Assembly: GCA_947258385.1 (NCBI GenBank)
Contig: CAMYII010000069.1
Coordinates: forward strand, 11,106 to 75,105
Reading direction: 5' to 3'
Origin: Acidiferrobacterales bacterium
Lineage (GTDB): Bacteria; Pseudomonadota; Gammaproteobacteria; Acidiferrobacterales; SZUA-150
DNA length: 64,000 bases
The first letter of the stretch is position 1. The number at the start of each line of letters is the position of its first letter. Shown here one piece after another: positions 39,370 through 47,262 of the stretch. The notes under the pieces were generated by a model. The model was not told where the DNA came from. It worked only from the letters and a program-made list of their open reading frames with translations, and made no database searches. The position numbers were made by a program, and so were the translations under genes.

Positions 39370-39741
39370 ATGATGTCGCGCAAACAGACAATGACCGCCG
39401 TTGCCCTGATAGCGAGCGTGCTGGGTACAGGGTGTGCAAAGGAGATCAGTTTCAGCAAGGATGTAAATCCGATCCTGCAAAAGAGTTGCCTGCCCTGTCA
39501 CAGCGTCTGGGGTCCCGGCTATGCCGCCACTGGTCTTAGTCTGGAAAGCTACGACAGCCTCATGAAGGGCACGAAATTTGGCGCTGTCACCAAACCGGGT
39601 TTCAGTGGAGCCAGCGCCCTTGTGATCTTCGTGGAATACGACCACCAACCCGTCAACATGCCCCTCGGCCAGAAGCGGTTAACGCCGGAGGAGATCAAGC
39701 TCATCAAGAAATGGATCGATCAAGGCGCGAAAAATAACTAG
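39370..39741 (+). CDS. Monoheme cytochrome c lipoprotein (Planctomycete cytochrome C-like domain)
   Basis: Lipobox-like GTGC; ISFSKDVNPIL..SCLPCH, GLSLESY..L.KG, MP..L..EEI..I.KWIDQGA. Confidence 0.82.
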   Translation: MMSRKQTMTAVALIASVLGTGCAKEISFSKDVNPILQKSCLPCHSVWGPGYAATGLSLESYDSLMKGTKFGAVTKPGFSGASALVIFVEYDHQPVNMPLGQKRLTPEEIKLIKKWIDQGAKNN

Positions 39742-39837
39742 AACCCACCCCTTGGCGTTGTGGAACCAGCGCAGAGGTCGCGGACAAAGCAAAAACGCCA
39801 TATTTTGAAGTATTCTCGGCGTCTTTGCGGTGAACCC
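39739..39837. repeat. Repeat family A, copy 3 (internally deleted)
   Basis: TAGAACCC..CCCTTGGCGTTGTGGAAC..CGCAGAGGTCGCGGA..TATTTTGAAGTATTCTC; starts at the TAG stop codon. Confidence 0.8.
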
Positions 39838-39987
39838 TCATACAAGGCTTTTCCGCTGAAATATTAACTTTCAATGCAGAGGCGCCAAGATGCATCGTTA
39901 GCATCACCCAAGGTGTATTCGATAGGCGCATCACCATGTATACTGCCAGGCAGCCGGTGACGGGATGCGCCACGCTGCCGTGACGAG

Positions 39988-41010
39988 GTGTCGAGAATTG
40001 ACTGTCAACCGCTCATGTCACAATCATGTCGGGAGTTCGTTATGCGCGAGCCTGCAGAATGCGTCGACGTCGTCAGCACACCACACGAACAGATCCAAAC
40101 CTTTCGACGGCATCGAAAGATCCTGCTGTCGTTTTCACGCGAACTGCTTCTGCTGAGTGGCATCGCTGCCGTCGCCAATCGGGCCTGCGACGCGGCAACA
40201 GAGCTCGCGGACGTAAGATTTGCGCGCATACTGCTGCTCGATCCCGCCGACAAAAACTTCAAACCCGTCGGTCACGCGGGATGGGATACCAGCGACCCTG
40301 CCAGCCTCGTTCAGGATGGGGATATGGATTCGGAAGCCGGCTATACCTACAGGGTGGACAAGCCGGTCATCATCACCAACACCCGTGACGAGGCACGGTT
40401 CAAGCTGCCGCCGGTTTACCAGGAACTTGGTATTGTGACCGCCATCAACCTGCCCATGACGGACAGCGACGAAGTGATCGGGGTCGCCTCCGTACAGCAT
40501 GACCAACCGCACAGCTGGACCGACGAAGAATGCGAAGCGCTGGAATTTCTGGCCAATATCACCGCGACCGCGATACGCCATTGCCGGGAAAGGCAGCGGG
40601 CCGATCAGCTCACGGAGGAACAGGCCAGCGCGCTGCATGAACTTCAGATCAAGAGCGCGGCCCTGGATGCGACCGTGGACATGGTCGTCATTACCGATCT
40701 CTACGGCAAGGTTGAATATGTCAATCCGGCGTTCGAGAAAGGCACGGGTTTCACGGGCGAGGAAGTCATTGGTACGAAATTCGACTTTCTCAAGTCCAAG
40801 GCGGCGACACCCGACATCTATCATGATATCTGGGACGCCTTGTTCGCCGGCCAGACCTGGAAAGGGGTAGTCGTGAACAACCACAAAGACGGGACGGATT
40901 ACCTCGAGGAACAGACCATCACCCCGATCACCGGTGAGGATGGGCAGGTGCATCACTTCATCGCCGTCAAGCGCAAGATCGATTTGGGCCGCGCGCAGTC
41001 CCATGCCTGA
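39988..41010 (+). CDS. GAF + PAS sensor protein with no output domain
   Basis: GAF (PVIITNT..E.RF, GIVTAINLPM, W..EE..L..LAN) then PAS (VVITD..G.VEYVNPAFE..TGF..EEVIG..W.G..N..KDG..HFIAVKR); start uncertain. Confidence 0.8.
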   Translation: MSRIDCQPLMSQSCREFVMREPAECVDVVSTPHEQIQTFRRHRKILLSFSRELLLLSGIAAVANRACDAATELADVRFARILLLDPADKNFKPVGHAGWDTSDPASLVQDGDMDSEAGYTYRVDKPVIITNTRDEARFKLPPVYQELGIVTAINLPMTDSDEVIGVASVQHDQPHSWTDEECEALEFLANITATAIRHCRERQRADQLTEEQASALHELQIKSAALDATVDMVVITDLYGKVEYVNPAFEKGTGFTGEEVIGTKFDFLKSKAATPDIYHDIWDALFAGQTWKGVVVNNHKDGTDYLEEQTITPITGEDGQVHHFIAVKRKIDLGRAQSHA

Positions 41011-41080
41011 CAGGTGAACGGCCGGCCCACCCGCGCGACGCGGCATTGGCCACCCAAGCCTGCGGACCGCACATGATCTG

Positions 41081-42229
41081 TCAAATCCGCTCGCCCTCGG
41101 GCGTGAAACAGTACAGCCCGTCCGGGTCGACGCTCAGATTGAGCACCTCTTCCCGCTTGAACGGCCGGTGACCCGGCAGCACCGCCGCGAGCGGCGGTCC
41201 GGCCCCATCGCCCGTGCCCCTGGCCGTGGCGGCCATATCGGTCGCCACGGTTTCCAGCGCAGCATCGACATAAACGATGGTCTCGTGGCCCAGCGACTCG
41301 GCGGACCGCACCGTGGCCGGCATCAACCCGGCGCCCGCCTCCGTTAACGACAGCGCCTCCGGGCGCATACCGATCAACATCGATCGACCGCACCATCCTT
41401 CGAGCCCGGGATGCCGGGTCCGTATTCCCGCGCCGAGCGGCACGCGCGCCGCACCAAGAAGCAATACCAGTCCGCGATCGTCCGTGTCCAATCGACCGCG
41501 GACAACGTTCATGCCCGGGCTGCCGATGAAGCCTGCGACGAACACATTGGCCGGATTTTCATACAGCTCCCGCGGCGCGGCCACCTGTTGCAGCACGCCC
41601 GCACGCATCACGGCGACTCGATGGCCCAGGGTCATGGCCTCGACCTGGTCGTGCGTCACATACAGCGTCGTGATCCCCAAGCGCTGCTGCAGGGCCGCGA
41701 TGTCGGTGCGGATCTGGACCCGGAGACTGGCATCGAGGTTCGAAAGCGGTTCATCCATCAGGAACACCGACGCATCTCGCACGATCGCCCGACCCATCGC
41801 CACGCGCTGGCGCTGACCGCCGGACAGCACACGCGGCTTGCAGTCGAGCAACGCCGTCAGGTTCAGCATCGCGGCCGCCCGCTCGACGCGTTGCCTGATT
41901 TCTGCGGCGGCGAGCCTCCGCATAGTAAGCGGAAATTCCAGGTTCCTGCGCACGCTCATATGGGGGTAAAGCGCGTAGTTCTGAAACACCATGGCAATAT
42001 CGCGCCGCTGCGGGGGCCAGTCGTTGACCACCTGGCCATCGATCAGGATCTCGCCGCTGCTCACCTCTTCCAGGCCGGCCACCATGCGCAGCACCGTCGA
42101 TTTTCCACAGCCGGACGGACCGACCAGTACCAGCAATTCGCCGTCGGTGACTTGCAGATTGAAATCGCTGATGACCCGGCTGCCGTCCGGGTAGACCTTT
42201 TCCGCGTGATGAAAGGTGACAGCCGCCAT
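41081..42229 (-). CDS. Carbohydrate ABC transporter ATP-binding subunit (MalK/UgpC-like)
   Basis: GPSGCGKST, VFQNYALYPHM, LSGGQRQR, DEPLSNLD, YVTHDQVEAM. Confidence 0.95.
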   Translation of the reverse strand: MAAVTFHHAEKVYPDGSRVISDFNLQVTDGELLVLVGPSGCGKSTVLRMVAGLEEVSSGEILIDGQVVNDWPPQRRDIAMVFQNYALYPHMSVRRNLEFPLTMRRLAAAEIRQRVERAAAMLNLTALLDCKPRVLSGGQRQRVAMGRAIVRDASVFLMDEPLSNLDASLRVQIRTDIAALQQRLGITTLYVTHDQVEAMTLGHRVAVMRAGVLQQVAAPRELYENPANVFVAGFIGSPGMNVVRGRLDTDDRGLVLLLGAARVPLGAGIRTRHPGLEGWCGRSMLIGMRPEALSLTEAGAGLMPATVRSAESLGHETIVYVDAALETVATDMAATARGTGDGAGPPLAAVLPGHRPFKREEVLNLSVDPDGLYCFTPEGERI

Positions 42230-42234
42230 GACTA

Positions 42235-43089
42235 TTATCCCTTAATTGCTGAGGCGGCCACGCCGCGCACGAACCACCGCTGGAACGCCACGAACACCAC
42301 CAGCACCGGCATGACCATCATCGCCCCAAAGGCCAGTATGTCTCCCCACTGCAAAGGCGGCAGCGTGTAGAAGGTGGCAATGGCAACCGGAAGGGGGCGG
42401 ACCCGGGGACCGATGGTCACCATCAACGGCCACAGATACGAACCCCACCAGGTAAGGAAAGAGAGAATCGCGACCGTCGCGAATACCGGCCGGGCGTTGG
42501 GCACGATAATAAAGAAAAACGTGCGCAACACACCGGCACCGTCCACGCGCGCGGATTCCTCGAGCTCGCGCGGCAGCCCGATGAAAAAGCTGTAAAAAAG
42601 AAAAATGGAGAACGCATTAGCAATGAAAGGCAGAATCTGTGCGATATAGGTGTCGCGCAGGCCGAGAATTGAAACCTGGTAGAACAGCGGAACGGCGATG
42701 GCCTCGAAAGGAACGATCATGACCGCCAGCAGCAGATTGAACAGCAGCGTGCGGCCGCGCCAGCGTAGCCGAGCGAAGGCATATCCGGCGAGCGAGTTGA
42801 CCAGCAATCCGGCAATGACAATGCTGCCGGTGATAAATAAGGAGTTGAACAGAAAGCGCGCGAAGTCGGCGCGGCGAAAGACATCGGCGTAATTCCGCAG
42901 CGAGACACTGTCCGGCCACAGCGCCTTGACAGTCCCGGCCTCCATCAACACACGATCATCCGGTTTCAGGCTTCCGATAATCATCAACAGCACCGGCACG
43001 ATAAACAACAGCACAGAGGCGATCAGCACAGCATACCCGGCGGCCCTGGCCAGCCCGTGATGCTGTGCCGCAGTGCTCGCCACCCTCAT
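42235..43089 (-). CDS. Carbohydrate ABC transporter permease
   Basis: LPRELEESARVDGA (EAA motif); ATGA overlap with the upstream permease. Confidence 0.93.
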   Translation of the reverse strand: MRVASTAAQHHGLARAAGYAVLIASVLLFIVPVLLMIIGSLKPDDRVLMEAGTVKALWPDSVSLRNYADVFRRADFARFLFNSLFITGSIVIAGLLVNSLAGYAFARLRWRGRTLLFNLLLAVMIVPFEAIAVPLFYQVSILGLRDTYIAQILPFIANAFSIFLFYSFFIGLPRELEESARVDGAGVLRTFFFIIVPNARPVFATVAILSFLTWWGSYLWPLMVTIGPRVRPLPVAIATFYTLPPLQWGDILAFGAMMVMPVLVVFVAFQRWFVRGVAASAIKG

Positions 43090-43988
43090 GCCACCTCGCT
43101 TTGCTGGCGCAACAGCCGTCGCTGCAACCATGTGATAAACAACACGATGATGAAAAACACCACCGCCATGGCGCAGGCGCGCGCCACCTGCTGGCGGGTG
43201 AAGGCCGCCTGCACGGTCTCAAACATCACCACGGTCGTGGCATCTTGCGGGCCCCCGCGCGTCATGAGCTGCACCTGATCGAACAAACGGAAGGCAAGAA
43301 TAGTGGTGACCAAGACCACAAAGATCAGGGGATTGCGCAGCTGCGGCAGCGTGACATGCAGGAACTGTGGCCAACGCCCCGCCCCGTCCAGGGCCGCGGC
43401 CTGGTACAGCTCCTCCGGGACCGACTGCAGACCGGCGAGCAGGATGACCATCTGAAAGCCGGCGCCCTGCCACACCGACAACAGCATCAATGCCGGTAGC
43501 GCAAGCCACGGGTCGCGCAGAAAATCGCGTGGTTGCCAGGCACCCCAGGTGATCATCTCCAGAAAGGCGTTCATCATGCCGCTCGCACCCGGGGCATAAA
43601 TCAGAATCCAGATGACCGCCACCAGCGACATCGGGAACACGACCGGCATAAAAAACAGCGTACGGAATACCACGGTCCCTCGCAGCCCGTGGTTGAGCAA
43701 CAGCGCGAGCCCGAGCGCGATACCCGTCTGCAACGGCACCACCACCACGGCAAACATCATATTGTTGAACAACGCGCGGCGAAATCCCGGATCTGAAAAG
43801 ATGCGCGCGAACTGCTTCAGGCCGACAAACTCAAGCGGCAAGGGAGACCCCAGACGCAGGTTGGTGAATGCCAGGACCACGGCGAGCAAAAACGGGACCG
43901 CGATGAACAGGGTCAGACCCAACAGAGCCGGTCCGGCGAACAACAGCGCCGCCGGTGTTTGGTCGTCCAACGCCTTGCGCCTGAACAT
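43086..43988 (-). CDS. Carbohydrate ABC transporter permease
   Basis: LAGLQSVPEELYQAAALDGA EAA motif, FVGL, T.GGP. Confidence 0.93.
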   Translation of the reverse strand: MFRRKALDDQTPAALLFAGPALLGLTLFIAVPFLLAVVLAFTNLRLGSPLPLEFVGLKQFARIFSDPGFRRALFNNMMFAVVVVPLQTGIALGLALLLNHGLRGTVVFRTLFFMPVVFPMSLVAVIWILIYAPGASGMMNAFLEMITWGAWQPRDFLRDPWLALPALMLLSVWQGAGFQMVILLAGLQSVPEELYQAAALDGAGRWPQFLHVTLPQLRNPLIFVVLVTTILAFRLFDQVQLMTRGGPQDATTVVMFETVQAAFTRQQVARACAMAVVFFIIVLFITWLQRRLLRQQSEVA

Positions 43989-44055
43989 GCTGCGCCCCCC
44001 TTTTATTGGTGCCGGCAACAAAGGCCGCGCCTCCGTACCACATCACCTGCCGGCA

Positions 44056-45444
44056 TCACTGTTTGCCCCGCCGTGTTGGCACTGGCCATGGATAACCCAT
44101 GTTGTCTTCAATTTCATTGTCGATCTCGGCCGCCGCCCGGTCGAGAACAGACTTCACGTCCCCACCGCTGCGGATCCGTTCGAACGCCTGTTGAAACAGC
44201 GCGGTGAGCAACGGGTAGGCCGGCGTGCGCGGACGCGGGACCGCGTGCCCACCCAGCAGCTGCTCGACAAACAACCGTAGCGGCCCGCCCTCGCGATACC
44301 GGGATGACCGGGCCACGGCCTGGTGGGTGCCGGGCACCGCCCCGTTGGCCTCGGCCATGGCCAACACCTCCTCGGGGATCAGCAGGAACTCCAGGAAGGC
44401 GGCGGCCGCCGCCGGCGCCTTGCAGTTCACGGTAACGCCCCAACTCCAGGAACCCTGGCCGGTCTTGGCGCCGTGACCAAAATCCGGCAGCGGCAGCAAC
44501 AGCAACTGCTCACCCAGGGCCGCGGCATAGTCACGGTAATTCCAATGCCCGCCCAGCGCGAGCGCCACACGGCCGCTGACGAAGGCCGCGTCGTCGATAT
44601 TGGGGTCGACATAGCCCGCATCGATCCAGCCCTTGAGCGTGGCCATCGCGCCAACGCTCGCCTTGCTGTTGAGTGCTCCGCTGGCTCGCAGCTTGGTGCT
44701 GCGGTCGATCAGGTCCCCACCTGCCGACTGGATGAAGGGCGAAAAGGCATAGGTATACCATTCACCGGCATAGTTCAGCTTGAGATCCAGCACGGCCCCG
44801 TCGGTGTCGTCTTGTGCCAGCGTCGCTAACAGCATCGAGAACTCCCCGACGGTCCAGGCCTGTCGCGGCGAAGCCGGTATGCGCGCGCCGATCCGCTCGA
44901 GCCGGCCGCGGTCGGCATAAAGCGCAAGCCCGGAATCGAAGGTGCCTACCGAGTACAGCCTGCCGTGATAGCTACCCTGTTCGATGATGGAGGGCAGGAG
45001 GTTACGACGCGCCGTCTCGGACAACAGGCCCTCAAGGGGAATGAGATGGCCCTGCCAGACATAGGTATACAGGAACGGGCCGTCGAACTCCAATAACTCC
45101 GGCAGATCGCCGGCCACGGCGGCGGCCTGGATCTGCGCGTTATACGTGCCTTCCGGAACCAGCGTCAGATGAACATCGATGGCGTCCTGACGTTTGTTAA
45201 AACGCTCGACCTGGGCGCGCAATGTGTCGCGCTCGCTCTCCTGACCGGCATGCGCCCAGACCTCGAGCCGGGTGCGTGTCTCGTCGCGGGCAGGCTCGCG
45301 CTCGCAGGCACTCAGCAACAGCGACCCGATAATCATCAACATCGCGGCGCAAACACCGAACGAGGGCATGATCATGCTCCGGTAACAATACCCTCCAAAA
45401 GCAACGGCGGCCCGCGCCCACGCCGCCGAGCACCGGCGCAACAT
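44056..45444 (-). CDS. Carbohydrate ABC transporter substrate-binding lipoprotein
   Basis: Lipobox LLLSAC; AGDLP..DGP, FVSGRVAL..GHW, RPRTPAYP; true start probably near 45370. Confidence 0.88.
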   Translation of the reverse strand: MLRRCSAAWARAAVAFGGYCYRSMIMPSFGVCAAMLMIIGSLLLSACEREPARDETRTRLEVWAHAGQESERDTLRAQVERFNKRQDAIDVHLTLVPEGTYNAQIQAAAVAGDLPELLEFDGPFLYTYVWQGHLIPLEGLLSETARRNLLPSIIEQGSYHGRLYSVGTFDSGLALYADRGRLERIGARIPASPRQAWTVGEFSMLLATLAQDDTDGAVLDLKLNYAGEWYTYAFSPFIQSAGGDLIDRSTKLRASGALNSKASVGAMATLKGWIDAGYVDPNIDDAAFVSGRVALALGGHWNYRDYAAALGEQLLLLPLPDFGHGAKTGQGSWSWGVTVNCKAPAAAAAFLEFLLIPEEVLAMAEANGAVPGTHQAVARSSRYREGGPLRLFVEQLLGGHAVPRPRTPAYPLLTALFQQAFERIRSGGDVKSVLDRAAAEIDNEIEDNMGYPWPVPTRRGKQ

Positions 45445-45448
45445 CGTG

Positions 45449-46438
45449 TCACAACCGCCCGGCGGACAATGCCGCGCCCATGAGCCCGACGCGGGGATTC
45501 AGCACGACCCTGACCGGGATCGTCTGCGTGACGTGGGACATGCGGCCCTTGTCGTTGAAGGCGCGGATGAACTCACCGCCTTTGAGTCGGTCGATGATCT
45601 TCGGCGCGATACCACCGGCAACATAGGCCCCGCCGGTAGCGATACACGTGAGCGCGAGATTGCCGGCCTGGGCCCCATAAATCGCGATGAACAGATCCAG
45701 TGCCTTGACCGCGAGCGTATCGTCGGCCTCGAGCGCAAAACGCGTAATGACCGCCGCCGGATCAGACGCCATCAGGGCCTTGTTCAACTCCGCGGACTCG
45801 CGCGCCACGCCGGTGTCGCGCAGAAACTGATAGATATTGACCAGGCCGGGGCCACACAAGATCCGATTGTATGACACTCTCTCAAACCGCTCCCGCATAT
45901 ATTGCAGCAGGGCGACCTGCGTTGCGTCTTCCGGAGCGAAGCCGACATGCCCGCCCTCTGAGGCCAGCGCTTCATAATGGTCCTGCTGCCACACGAGTAT
46001 GCCTTCTCCAAGACCGGTCCCGGCGCCAATCAGAACCCTGGGACCATGGGGCTGTTCCTGTCCTTGCTGCAGCTCGAGGATATCATCCGCGACCAGCGCC
46101 TCAATGCCATAACCCACGGCCTGGAAATCATTGATCAGGCACACGCGCGCGATCCCCAGCTGCTCCGCCAACTGCCTGGCATCCAACTGCCACGGCAGAT
46201 TCGTCAGTCTGGCACGCTCGCCGCTCACCGGTCCAGCCACACCAAAACATGCAGATGCCAGACCTGCAACGGCGTCCTTGCCGGCCTGGTGCAAGAATTC
46301 GCTCACCATCGGCGCAAGGTCGTCATAGGCGCGGCTGTCGTAGCGCTGCTCCTGCAACACCTTGCAATGCGTGCCCTCGACCTCGGCGATCTGCAACAAG
46401 GTCTTAGTGCCGCCGATGTCACCGGCAAGAATCCTCAT
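45449..46438 (-). CDS. glk: Glucokinase
   Basis: LAGDIGGTKT, GVAGPV, TNLPW, INDF, GAGTGLGE, SEGGH, GGIAPKI. Confidence 0.95.
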   Translation of the reverse strand: MRILAGDIGGTKTLLQIAEVEGTHCKVLQEQRYDSRAYDDLAPMVSEFLHQAGKDAVAGLASACFGVAGPVSGERARLTNLPWQLDARQLAEQLGIARVCLINDFQAVGYGIEALVADDILELQQGQEQPHGPRVLIGAGTGLGEGILVWQQDHYEALASEGGHVGFAPEDATQVALLQYMRERFERVSYNRILCGPGLVNIYQFLRDTGVARESAELNKALMASDPAAVITRFALEADDTLAVKALDLFIAIYGAQAGNLALTCIATGGAYVAGGIAPKIIDRLKGGEFIRAFNDKGRMSHVTQTIPVRVVLNPRVGLMGAALSAGRL

Positions 46439-47193
46439 TGGCGCACGTCCGGGGGCAGGTTTGCCGCGGCCGCCTCATCGAGATACCACTCGATCTCACC
46501 GCTGGGCTCGAGCAGTTGCAGCGGCAGCGGCGGGTGGCCGTGCGACTCGGCAAAAAGACGCCGCATGATCTCGGCCTTGTCCGGTCCGGCGACCAGCACC
46601 ATGATATGCCGTGCTCGATTCACCGTCGGCAGCGTGATACTGATACGCCAGACCTTGTATTTGGCGACGTACGCCGCGGCCACCGGGCGTTCCCGTTCCC
46701 GCAGGATGCAGCTATTGGGAAACAGCGAGGCCACATGACCGTCGGGTCCGACACCGAGCATGACAAGGTCAAATTGGATCTCGCCGTGCTCGGATCGCGG
46801 CAACTCGGAGTGCAATACCTGCGCATAGGCGGCGGCACCCTGGCGGATGTAGGCCATGTCGGCCTCGATGCGGTGGACCTGGGATGCCGGGATCGGGACA
46901 TTGTCCAGCAAGGTCTCGCGGGCCATGCGGTAATTGCTGTCCACGTGCGACGACGGAACCGCACGTTCGTCACCGAAGTAGATGTGCACACGCGACCAGT
47001 CGAGCTTCCCGGCGAACTCGGCACCAGACAGACGCTGGTACAGAAGCCTCGGCGTGGAACCGCCGGACAACGCCACGTGAAACGCACCACGGGCGGCGAT
47101 GGCTTGCGCGGCGAGCTCCATCCAGCGCCGGACCGCGGCCGCAGCGAGGTCATCCTGGTTGGCAAAAACCTGCGGCCGCCTGCGTTGCGCCAT
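46435..47193 (-). CDS. pgl: 6-phosphogluconolactonase
   Basis: ALSGGSTP, FGDER.VP..SNY, LGVGPDGHVASLFP, RISIT. Confidence 0.95.
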   Translation of the reverse strand: MAQRRRPQVFANQDDLAAAAVRRWMELAAQAIAARGAFHVALSGGSTPRLLYQRLSGAEFAGKLDWSRVHIYFGDERAVPSSHVDSNYRMARETLLDNVPIPASQVHRIEADMAYIRQGAAAYAQVLHSELPRSEHGEIQFDLVMLGVGPDGHVASLFPNSCILRERERPVAAAYVAKYKVWRISITLPTVNRARHIMVLVAGPDKAEIMRRLFAESHGHPPLPLQLLEPSGEIEWYLDEAAAANLPPDVRQ

Positions 47194-47262
47194 CTCCGGT
47201 CTCCTCCACTGTCATCGTTTGCCGCCTTGCTGCCGTGACGCGCGCCCCGCGGCCAAGCCACC

